Positions 23,295 through 34,025 of a stretch of 64,000 nt of DNA are shown here, piece by piece. The notes beneath the pieces are model-generated. The model was not told the origin of the DNA. It saw nothing but the letters and a program-made list of their open reading frames with translations, and searched no databases. The number at the start of each line of letters is the position of its first letter. Positions within the stretch are counted from its first letter, which is position 1. Source of the stretch: Vicugna vicugna (taxonomy: Eukaryota); the NCBI GenBank assembly GCA_013265495.1, contig MU058714.1:310001-374000 (forward strand). Reading direction: 5' to 3'. The translations under genes were made by a program, and so were the position numbers.

Positions 23295-24025
23295 GTGCAA
23301 ATGTTAGGAAGATGTAAATCAAAAACCACAGTGAGATAGCACTTTACACCCACTAGGATAATTAGAATTAAAGGAAAAAAAACCGGAAAATAACAAGTGT
23401 TGTTGAGGATGTGGAGAAATTGGAACCCAAGCCTTGCTGGTGGGGATGTAAAATGGTGCAGCCACCGAGCTCCTCAAGACGGCAAACAGAGAATTCTACA
23501 AGATTCCACTCCTGGGTGTGTGCCCAAGAAAGTGGAAAACAGGCGTTCACACAAAAACTTGCACATAAATGCTTGTAACAGCATGATTTGTAATAGCTAT
23601 AAAGTGGAAACCCCCCAAACGTCCATCCGTGGGTGAATGGGTGAGCAACGTGTGTTGTCTCCAGACAGCAGGCTATCACTCCGACGTCAGCAAGAGTGAA
23701 ACACTGACATCCGCTACTATGTGAACCTTGAAAACATGATGCTCAGTAAAAACAAGTCTAACAGAAAAGGCCACATACTGTAGGGTTCCATTTATATGAA
23801 ATTCCAGAATAGGCAAATCCATAGAGAGAGACAAGAGGTTAGCGGTTTCCAGGGACTGCGGGGAGAGGGGCATGGGAGTGGCTGCTGTTTATTTTAGGGA
23901 TGGAGGAAATGTTCTAAACTGATTGTGATGATGTTTGTGCAACCTTATTAATATACTAAAAACCACTGAATTATACACTTTAAAATGGTGGATTTTGTCT
24001 TGGTGAATTACATATTAGTTTAAAA
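23295..24025 (+). mobile_element. L1MB-like 3' fragment
   Basis: gaggatgtggagaaattggaaccc; aaatccatagagagagac; aaaaccactgaattatacactttaaaatggtg. Confidence 0.85.
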
Positions 24026-24032
24026 ACTTTTC

Positions 24033-24105
24033 AGTGGAGGTACTGGAGATTGAGCTCAGGACCTCGTGCATGCTAAGCTACCATGGAGCTATTACTTTCC
24101 GCCAA
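24033..24105 (-). mobile_element. tRNA-derived SINE fragment (camelid Vic-1-like)
   Basis: ggaggtactggagattgagctcaggacctcgtgcatgctaagc is the reverse complement of the SINE at 13181/17398. Confidence 0.7.
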
Positions 24106-24607
24106 TTATATATTTCTTTTAAAAGCATGCAAGGAAAATAAAGAGTACGTATGAGCCAGGCTCCACCCGCGAGGAGCAATTTTCAACCCCCTCCCTGAGC
24201 AGAAATCCCTCAGCTCCCCCGTACTTGGTCTCCATGCTGACTGGATTCACTCTGCTGGTCCCACTCTAAGTCAGAAATGTGAGGTAGAATTCTCTGGTAA
24301 ATACAGTGCTACTGGAGGTGGGCAGTGGCCAACCTTTTAGGAAAGCACTTGATGTCAAGAAGAACAGAAATTATTATACCCTTTGACCCCAAGATTCTCT
24401 CCAAGAAAACATACTATAGGCAAATAATTCAAATTACAAAATAAGTGTTATATTCAAGGATGCTTATCACAGGGTTATTTATTCAATGTTAAAATAACTG
24501 GAAATAACCTAACCAGCCAACAACTCACAAAGGTTAAACAGATCACAGCATGTCGGCAGGGAGGAATCTGGCCTCAGTCACCTACATTGGATCATGTGGG
24601 CAAGCGG

Positions 24608-24925
24608 GGCGGGCAGGGTAACGGCCCGGCCCCCAAGGATGTTTGTGTCTGAAGGCCCGAGTCTGTGCACACACTGCCTTACGTGGCAAAAGGGATTGTG
24701 CAGATGAGACAAAGTTAAAGACCTTCAGATGGGAGATTATCCTGGATTATCTGGGTGGGTGCAGTGTAATCACGGAGGTCCTTACAAGTGAAAGAGGAAG
24801 GCAGGAGGGTGGGAGTTAGAGGAAGAGGGGTAAGGTGGGAAGCAGAGGTCAGAGGAAGCAACAGACCACAGGGCACTGCTGCCTGGGAGGTGCAGGAAGG
24901 GGTCACGAGCCAAAGGAGGAAATCT
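24608..24925 (+). mobile_element. MLT1D-like LTR
   Basis: ccttacgtggcaaaagggatt...gatgggagattatcctggattatctgggtggg. Confidence 0.8.
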
Positions 24926-26634
24926 AAAGTTTCTAAAGTGGGAATAATAATTGGATTAGTGTGAGGCAAGGATTAAACAAAGTCGTCCATGTAAAGTGTT
25001 GTCCCAGTCCCTGGCAGGTAAGTGCTCCCTAGTGACAATTATCCAATGACAAGTGTGCAACCACGAGAAGCTATGTTTGCAAAGAACTTTCTTTTTCTGG
25101 GGAAATGCAGACGATGTAGTGTGAGAGGAAGGAAGGACGGAGATTGCAGACGGTGTATCATCTACACAGCAAGTAAGGAAGGAACAATTACTTAAATATA
25201 TTAATATTGCCCTTTTTTCTGGGTGGTACTTATTCTACCTAAATGTTCGTGTGTTTTCTATGGAATATGTTTTACTTTTATAATCAGAAAAAATGTTTCT
25301 TTTCCAAATGGGGCCCCTGGAGCGCAGTTTCCTCCCGGCCTCTTGGGGTCCCTGCTGGTGGCCAAGGTTGCCCGCACCCGGCCGACCCACCCCTTGAGCA
25401 GACTTGTACCCCAACACTCTCACCATTAGTCCTGAAATGCTTCCGTAGTGTCAGTTTTTTAAGTCCCTGACAATCTGATGGGTGAAAATAGATACCGTAA
25501 TTTGTATTTTAATTTGCATTGAGCTGATTATTACTAGAATGACCTCATCTTTTCATGTTATTTATTTAACACTTTAATTTTTTTCCTGCTTATTGTCTCT
25601 TTATGTTTCTTTACCCACTTTTCTCTTAGGATCTCTCTATTTTTTTTAATTTCTGTAAGGAATAAAGCGTGCGTATTAACCTCCTGTCCACGCAGGCTTT
25701 CATTTTTCTCACTACCTTTTTATGATGAAAAATGTCAAATATACAGTAAAGTTGAAAGAGGAACACGTGAACACCTGGGAACTCTCCACCGAACTCTCAG
25801 CATTTTGCCACATTTGTTATATCAACTTGTTTTTGCCAGTTCCTATGAAAAGAAGCTGGAGATGTCGATGACTTTTCACTGCTAAATATCTCAATACACA
25901 TCACCAAAGACAGGACTGCCTCCTACCTGGCCACAAAGCCACAATCACACATGAGAAAGTGAAAAATAATTCTCAATCTCATCTCGTATTCAGTCAAAAT
26001 TCAAATCTTCCCAGCTATCCCTAAGTTTCTTTTTCAAACCAAGACGCAACCAAGCTTGAGCGCTGCATTTGCTCTTGAATGCATCTTTAGTGTCAGACTT
26101 CTTTTTAATTTTAATGACATGGCCCTTTCAATGAGACCAAGCCAGGGCAGTAGAGTGGCTCACATTCTGAGTTTGTCCCATGGCTGCCTCAGTTTTATCT
26201 GTTTCAAGGTTATCTGTCTTTCCTGTAAATGAGAATTAAATCCAGACACTCAACTAGATTCAGGTTAAATCTTTTTGGCAAGAATACAACATGGGTGTGT
26301 CATTTGGTTTTTCCTTTGTTCTCGGTGTTTTCTCGTGCATAAGAATTTAAATCCATCAAGCGTTTGCCTTTAATGGAAATGAATTTTGTATTACGCTTAG
26401 AAAAGGCTTTCCATGAGTAAACAAATTTATCTTTCCTATATATTCTTCTGTGATAGCTTTATTTTTTTTAATTTAACCTTTTATCCATCTGATATTTTTA
26501 AATTTTTCTGTGAAAGTGTACAACATTATTATTTTTTTCCTAAAAGATTACCAATTGGTCTGGCAATTTTTATGGTCTAACCACCCCTCCACACTGATTC
26601 AAATGTCACTACTATCAGGGGCTCAGAGTCCTCT

Positions 26635-26826
26635 ACATGAGCTTCCCAGGGCTGCCGCAACAAAGCATGGCAAACCGTGTGGCTTACAACAACCGAAATG
26701 GATCCCGTCGTGGTTCTGGACGCCGGAAGTCGGAAATGAAGTTGTCGGCAGGGCCACATTCCCTTTGATGGCTCTAGAGGAGGACTCCTTGTTTCTTCTT
26801 GCAGCTTCTGGTGCTTGCCAACCTCT
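26635..26826 (-). mobile_element. MLT1-type LTR fragment
   Basis: agcttcccagggctgccgcaacaaagcatggcaaaccgtgtggcttacaacaacc. Confidence 0.75.
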
Positions 26827-26986
26827 TCCAAAGTTGACATTTTGCATAATTACAGCACAAAATCACAGCCAGGAGATTGACATTGGCAGAATCCACAGAC
26901 CTTATCCAGATCTCTCCAGTTTCACTAGTTTCTCCTTTGGGGGATATAGCTTGTAGACGATAAAACACACCCCTTCTGAACGGTTC

Positions 26987-27130
26987 TGGGGGGAGGGTAT
27001 AGCTCAAGTGGTAAAGCTCGTGCTTAGCAAACACAGGGTCCTGGGTTCAATCCCCACTACCTGCTCTAAAAATAACCAAGTAACCTAATTACCTCCCACT
27101 AAAAGATAAAAATTAAAAAATTAAAAATAA
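26987..27130 (+). mobile_element. tRNA-derived SINE (camelid Vic-1-like)
   Basis: ggggagggtatagctcaagtggtaaagctcgtgcttagc...ctgggttcaatcccc...acctaattacctccc. Confidence 0.85.
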
Positions 27131-27609
27131 ACAGTTTTGTCAGTTTTGGTAAATGTATATATAGTCATGCAACCGCCGCCATAGTTAAGTTTTAGGATAC
27201 AGAAGGCGACAGAGGAGAAGACCAGGGTGGAGGGGCCGCAGGCCGTCCTACAAATACCTCTAACATCTGTTCATTATGTAAGCAGGACACAGTCCATGAT
27301 TTTTAAAAATAAGCAAAAAGTAGACAAAGATATTTTCCAGCCTTTTGTGCACAGAGACATAGTTAACAAACATGAAATCGTTGTGAGTATATAGTTTTAT
27401 AACCTGCTTTTTAAAAAACTTAACAGGTCAGTCTGCCCAGGACAAGAAAAAAAATCTACAGCCCTTTTTATGGCCATAAGGCATTCTGTTGTATGGTCGT
27501 CCCCCGAGAGACACGGAGGAAACCCCTAGGATAGCGAAGAAAGACCCTTGGACCACATCCCCAGTCCAGTTTGGGGAGTATCCTGCCAAAAAGTCCCCAC
27601 GTGCCCTCT

Positions 27610-28245
27610 TGCAGACAACCCCCACCCCTGCCTCTGGCTCAGGCAGCCACTGATCTGCTTCCTGTGTCTGTAAGTTTTGCCTTTTCTAGAATTGCATAGA
27701 AATGGAAGCACATGTATGTAGTCCTTTGTGTCTGGCTTCTTTCACTGAGCGTGAGACCCCGAGACACGTCCACATCGTCACTTTCACCAGTAATCCCTCC
27801 CTCTGAGTGGCCGAGCGGCCATCCCTTGAATGGCCGGACCAAAACGTTGATCCATTTACAAGCTGATGGGCATTTGGCTACCCTGAACGAAGCTGCTATG
27901 CGCATTCGTGTGCAAGATTCATGTGGACATGTGTTTTCAATTCTCTTGGATACATACGTAGGGGGATTTCCGGGTCATATGGTAAGTGTCTATGTAGCTT
28001 TTAAGAAACTGCCAAACTGATCCCCAGAGCAGCTGAACCATTTGGCGTTCCCACCAGCAGCGTGTGCAGGCTCTGGCTTTCCCACATCCTCACGAGAACT
28101 TGGCAGAGGCAGTCTTCCAAACCGCATCAGCTCGTCCGAGGTGTGGTTTTAACGGACATGTCCCTAAAGAGCAGTGACGTGGAGCGTCCTTTGAGGTGCC
28201 TGTGGACATGCTGCCGCCTGCTCTCGTGATGGGTTTGTTTCGATT
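27610..28245 (-). mobile_element. L1MB-like fragment, antisense
   Basis: ccactgatctgctt; tgtgtctggcttctttcactgagc; ttaagaaactgccaaactg; ttcccaccagcag. Confidence 0.8.
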
Positions 28246-28957
28246 CTTTCTAGGCGCCCCTGTTTTTGGTTAGTCTCCTGTTTTATTACCTCGTGATCAG
28301 GGAAGGGGGCCCATCTGGTTTCCACTTGGGGAATCTGATATTCTTTGTGGCCCAGAACATCAAGTTTTACAAATGCTTGACGTGAAGTTGAAATGAGTCC
28401 CGTGTTGATGGGGAAGGTCGGGCAGAAACCCAACTCAGACCAGCTTAGGCCCCCAAGGGGATGTCGCCACTAGGAGGGCCCCGTAGATCCCGATACCCTG
28501 TGTTTGTCCCAAGGCCCCCTCTCTTTTTCTCTCCTTCTGACCCAGCTTCTCTCCACGTGCTGGTCTCAGGGTCCCCTCGCAGGGGGTTTTTCTCCATGAC
28601 AAAGAAATCAGAATACACTAAGGGGAGACTAAGGCCTAAATATTTTTTATTATAGAAAATTTTTTTCTGAAACTTGGATTTTAAAAAACAGATGAAATGA
28701 TAACAAAGATCAAAGTCATCTATGACCTTAAAAGCTAGATAACTCACGAAACAGTACTCTCCATAAACTTACACGTGCACAAGGTAAAAAAAATTTGAAA
28801 TAGTGCACAAGGCTGTAAATCAATCACTAAAAACCTCTTCACTGCCCTCCAAAGATAACCACTGTTATCAAGTCTTGGGTATCCTCTCAAAAGAGTCGTA
28901 CATACATACCAGTGCACGAATTCCTTTTGGTTGCACAACAGAAATACCACATGTACT

Positions 28958-29449
28958 TGTAGAGGGCGAAATCGTGGTCCCCAGAAAGACATGCACAAGT
29001 CCTAACTCCTGGTACCTGTGAATGGTGACCTTATTTGGAAATAGGGTCTCTGTAGATGTGGTTAAGTCAAGGATGCCAAGATAAGATCATCCTGCACTTA
29101 AATTGAGCCCTAAATCCAATGACTGTTTGTAAGATTTATAACGTCTTTCCAAGAGAAAGGAGAGGGAGATTTGAGACACAGAGAGACACAGGAAGGAGGT
29201 CATGTGAAGACGGAGGCAGAGAATGGAACGGCCCCTGTGCCAAGGGGTGCCACGGACCACAGGCAACCAGCTGCAGAAGCCAATAGCGGCAAGAAAGGAT
29301 CCTTCCCCAGAGTCTCTGAAGGAGCTTGACCCTGCTAACACCTTGATTTCAGACTTCTGGCCCTCAGAACCATGAGGGAATAAATTTCTTTTGTTCTAAG
29401 TCCTCAAGCTTGTGGGAGTTTTCCATGGCAGCCCTGCAAAACTCTTACA
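28958..29449 (+). mobile_element. MLT1C-like LTR
   Basis: gtacctgtgaatggtgaccttatttggaaatagggtc...ccttgatttcagacttctggccctcagaacc. Confidence 0.85.
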
Positions 29450-29504
29450 ACACTGTTCCACACTCAGATTTCTCACATAATAACGTGTTAACTTGGGCAC
29501 AGTA

Positions 29505-29880
29505 TCTTGTGTGTCAGCTGGCTAGGTTATTGCCCGCAGTTGCTCAAACACTGATCTAGAAGTCTCTGCAACAGTACTTTGCAGATGTGCAAAACATCTA
29601 CAATCCACGGACCGGAGGGAAAGGAGCGTATCCTGGGTAATTGGGGTGGGTCTGATCCAATCAGTTGAAAGACCTTAAGAAGAAAACTGAGGTTCCCTGA
29701 GGAAGAAGAAATTCTGCCTGCGAACAAGAACTCCAGCCTGCCCTCCCTGGCGGCCTGCCCTACGGGTTCCCACTTGCCCAGGCAGCCACCACAATGGCAT
29801 AAGCCAATGCCTTGCAACAAATCTCTTCACACGGTGGCATTTCTATACTGGTTGTTTTCCTGGAGGCCCCTGATTGATAA
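29505..29880 (+). mobile_element. MLT2-like (ERVL) LTR
   Basis: tgtgtcagctggctagg...ccaatcagttgaaagaccttaaga...gaagaaattctgcct. Confidence 0.75.
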
Positions 29881-31618
29881 AGCCCACCCCCCAAATGAGG
29901 CCTTACTCTGTTGTCACTGCTGGTTGGGGTCCCTGCCCGCCATGGTCCCTGCTCCTGCAGGGGGGTCACCGGGCTGTCTTCCTCCTACGGCCTCCCCAGT
30001 GCTGGCCTAACACAGTGCCTGACAAAGAGCAGCCACTCAATACAAAACTCACTGCGTGTGTGGTTTCATGACCACCTCTGAACCCCAAATCCACCTTGTA
30101 AACTCCTACCAGGAAGCATTCTCACTACTCTGTCCCGCTCTGCCTGCTCAGGTTGCGGGGACACTGATGTGCCCCTCCTTCCGGGACACGTGTTCCCAGC
30201 AGCAGCGCCCGCGCCGGGATGTGAGCCTGTAAGTGGCTGTGGCCACGGGAGGCAACTTGTACTAAATCCAGAGAAGTAGGTAATGGTGACGTCGGGAGCA
30301 GCCCGTATCACTTCTGTAGCCAGAACACGTGAAATAGGAGATTTCAGCCCCAGAGAGGGGTATCCTATCCAAATACCTCAACAGACAGTGCCCACCACTG
30401 TCAGAACAGGCAGTTATTCCAAATGCTCATGGAGCTGGCAGGAACACGCCCAGCCGAAGGAGCTGGGGCCTGGGACAGGTCCATGCATCTTGAGTTAAAT
30501 TGAAAGAATTTCAACCAGTGTTTTGTTCCTACAGTCTTCTTGGACCCTTCTGTGGCAGGCCAGCATCGCTCCCAAAGTCCAGCGAAAAGAAAAACTTGGT
30601 TTTTTAAACAAATGCTACTCTTTGCAGCAAGAGCTCAGCGTTGGAACAACTCGCCATCTGTCAACCAAGATCCAGTCACAGAAACTGTGACACATCCAGC
30701 GACAGCATACCACGGAAAGACTCCAAGGAACAAGGTAGGGCTACCCATCCGATGGGGCACAGCCTCCGAGCCGTACAGCTGAGAGAGAGAAGCAGCTCGT
30801 GGATCACCACCATCTGCGTCATCAAAAGAAACCAGCGGGAGAGTGTGCTGGGAGAAAATGCTCTAGGCATCCTTGCTGGTTCTGGCACGGAGCGCCCCTG
30901 GAAGAAGATCTAGGAAGGGGTAGAGTGTGTTGCTTCCAGAGTGGAGAACCGTGCGGCTGGGGACGGGAGGGAGGGAGGGAGGCTTTTCAGTATTTATCTG
31001 AACTCTGTGAATGGGCTCCGTGCCGAGCTGACAGCCACGAAGGCCATGAAGGAGCGCAGCTGGAGGCTGGGCGGCTGGCGAGACGCTGCCCGGCATCAGC
31101 CCGAGCCGGGACACATCCAGCTGGACATCCCCCCACCCTCCGGGGCACCCTATGCTCACCTGCAACGTGGCACATTCACGGTGCCTTCTGGCGCTAACAT
31201 TCCCTGACTCCAAATGCAGTTCCCCTATCACTGAGATACTTGCCCACAAAAAGCAGGAAACGGGCTTTTTTCCCCGAATATGTGTCCTTTGGACTTATCT
31301 TCATACTCTCTCACCAAAGCAGCAGGATTAAAGATGGAAACAGAAATCTGCTGTTTTGTGTAACATAAGCAACATTTCTTTGGGTTCTTTTAGAGAAGTA
31401 ACCCAGCCAATGAAGGCAGTGAAATAGGGCATGGGTTTGATTCAGTGGGGCGTTTGCAATGCAGTTCTCAGATCCATCACTCCGGAAACCCCTGGTTTTA
31501 TCGATGCTGCCCAAAGGACTGACAGAGGACCCTGGAGATTGCTTCCAGCATCCAGGGAGGACAATTAGCAAACTCACAAATGTGTATTCGTTAACTGCTT
31601 TGAGTCCCCCAATTACTG

Positions 31619-31686
31619 TTTTTTTTTAACATTTTTTATTGATTTATAATCATTTTACAATGTTGTGTCAAATTCCAGTGTTCAGC
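31619..31686 (-). mobile_element. Young lineage-specific L1 3' end, severely 5'-truncated
   Basis: poly-T plus aacattttttattgatttataatcattttacaatgttgtgtcaaattccagt, nearly identical to the copy at 33915. Confidence 0.8.
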
Positions 31687-33529
31687 GGGTTTTTAAGTAA
31701 GGACTTCATCCTAAATTTTAAAACTCTGTTAAGTGGAAGTTATTTTTAAATTTGTGAAAATAATGTATTTCACACTGAAAAACCGTGCTTATAAAATCGT
31801 TTTACACTCTAACAATTCTGTACCAGGCAAAGGTCTTAGAAAAAAGCAGACATAGGATGTGTAACAGGCGTGACTAATTTGTGTTAGAATGCCACTGAAA
31901 CCAGCTAAGCACCAAGTACGTTCAGAACTGCCCTGGATGGACTTACACTTCCTAGAGTTGCTGAGATTTCGGGGACAGAAGCAACCCCATTTACCTGGGG
32001 TGGGAGTGTAAATCAATGCAGATCCTTGGGGGACACTCTGACAACAGCCAACAAAGAAGTAGACCCACGTCCCCTCCCAGACAGCACCTAGGCATGCTGT
32101 TTCACAGGTGCGCTAGTACCCGGTACATGCAAAGACAAACAGGTCCATCACTCCACTGTTTCTAACAGTAAGGAACTAGAATCATGGACTGATATGATTG
32201 CAAAATTAATAAATGACACTCCTTAAAACAAGCCTACACCATGGAGTTCTCCCACAGGGGGCTCTGGTCTCCAGAGCAACATCATAAAGGAGCGGTTTAA
32301 TCGTTTCCTGCCTCCCGTAACAGGCTCCTTGACCTTCCCCGCCCCCGGGATCCAAGGGCAGGCCGGTGTGTGCACGTCTTGAGGCGTTGTGCGGTGGGCT
32401 GGGCGGCCTCGGGCGAGGCCCAGGGGCCGGAAGGCCTTCTGCCGCCTCGTTCAGCCCTGCAGGGTCTGCTGTGTTCAGGCTTCTGCTACTTCCAGACGCA
32501 GCCTGCCCGCCCCGCCCAGGCACACATGGGAAGTGGCAGGAATGGCCTCCACAGCCACATGACCTGAAGCAATTTGGGGTTCCTTTTCCTCATCTGTAAA
32601 ATGAGGCCTGGGACAGGCTTCCCTTTGTAAGACGTGTTTGAAACAGTGTGAGCTGCAGACAGCCTCTGGGGCGTCCTGGGTCAGGATCTCTGGGGTGGGG
32701 TCCGGGGTCAATATTTGCACTGTGTCCCCAGGGGATTCTTAGGCAAACCGAAAGCTTGAGAACTTCTGCAAGGGCCCTAACTGTGCTTATTTTTACTTGA
32801 GTTCTGATACATAAACACTGTGTGTCACGTATATATAATATTTATCCCTTGCATATACAGAAACAGCATCACATAACACCACTAGCCTGTAAGTTACACG
32901 TCGGTCTCGCAAATGCGAGGGGACCTGGTTGGGGAACAAATAAATCATTACATTAAATATTCAAGATTGTGCAGTGAATTATATATTCTGAGTTTATTCC
33001 CATGCAGATCGCTGAGGGTGTGTCTGGTGTGGATGGTGTTACTGCTTTTAGCCAACTCTGCTTACGGTAATGAGACAGTATTTGTAGAACTACGAGCTGT
33101 CCTAAAACTGCTCTGTAAGACAAGCTAATGGTACTTAGTTTTAACTGCCAAAGCTGACAGATAGAGAGTACTGGCATCATCTCAACTCCTGACTTTTCCA
33201 TTGACTTGAGAATAACGCCATCAAGTCACTCATTTCTTGCCTCAGTATCTTCGCTTTTGGATCCACAAGAGCAACACGGAAATATTTATCCTTTCTCAGT
33301 GGTATTTCAGACAGTAAATAGTTAATATTCATCACTGGCATTGTCACTTGCACAGAAAGAAAAGTGGCATTAAATGGAGTATTTGTTTGCCTGTGTGCCT
33401 GAATTTTTAGTATCTTTTTTTGTACATATTTTAGACATTCTCGTCTACAGTAAAGTATAAATGGAATGTAGGTAAACTATTCGTGTTCCAGGGTTAAGTA
33501 ACTGCATTACTTTCGTTGAAAATATGTTT

Positions 33530-33712
33530 AGAGTACTTAACCACAATCTACGTGTGGCTTTTTAAATTTATTTAAAATAAAATTAAATTAAAATTAATTC
33601 CTCAGCAGCACATTTCAAGTGTTTACCAGCCACAGGTGGCTGGTGGCTAACGTAGTGATGGAGACATAAGGCATCTCCATCCTCTCTGAAAATGCTATCG
33701 GACAGCCATGCT
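33530..33712. mobile_element. MER3-like hAT DNA transposon fragment
   Basis: cacatttcaagtg..agccacaggtggctggtggcta...gaaaatgctatcggacagc. Confidence 0.65.
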
Positions 33713-33914
33713 GGAATAACTCCGTTCTATATTCAGTTATGTCTGAGGAACCATTTGTTGAATGAATAAGAAAATAATTAGTTCTAACTTGTCTCAGTAA
33801 TTCTTCAACACAACAGTCAAAACGGGAGATGGAATCTGCTTTAGCCCAAACCCATGTTTTGACACAACTGGATTAGCTGGAATCATTCCTCACTTCTGCC
33901 AACTTCCAGTTTTG

Positions 33915-34025
33915 TTTTTTTTTTTTAACATTTTTTATTGATTTATAATCATTTTACAATGTTGTGTCAAATTCCAGTATTCAGCACAATTTTTCAGTCA
34001 TTCATGGACATATACACACTCATTG
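33915..34025 (-). mobile_element. Young lineage-specific L1 3' end
   Basis: Same sequence as the 31619 copy, flanked by TTCCAGTT at 33904 and 34026 (probable TSD). Confidence 0.8.

Noticed and set aside
30525..31207. Plus-strand exon candidates (acceptors at 30534 and 30627, donor at 30734) and an SH2-like reading of FPWY...DGELFQR on the minus strand
   Set aside because: The plus-strand pieces do not chain to anything, and the SH2 resemblance rests on too few residues.
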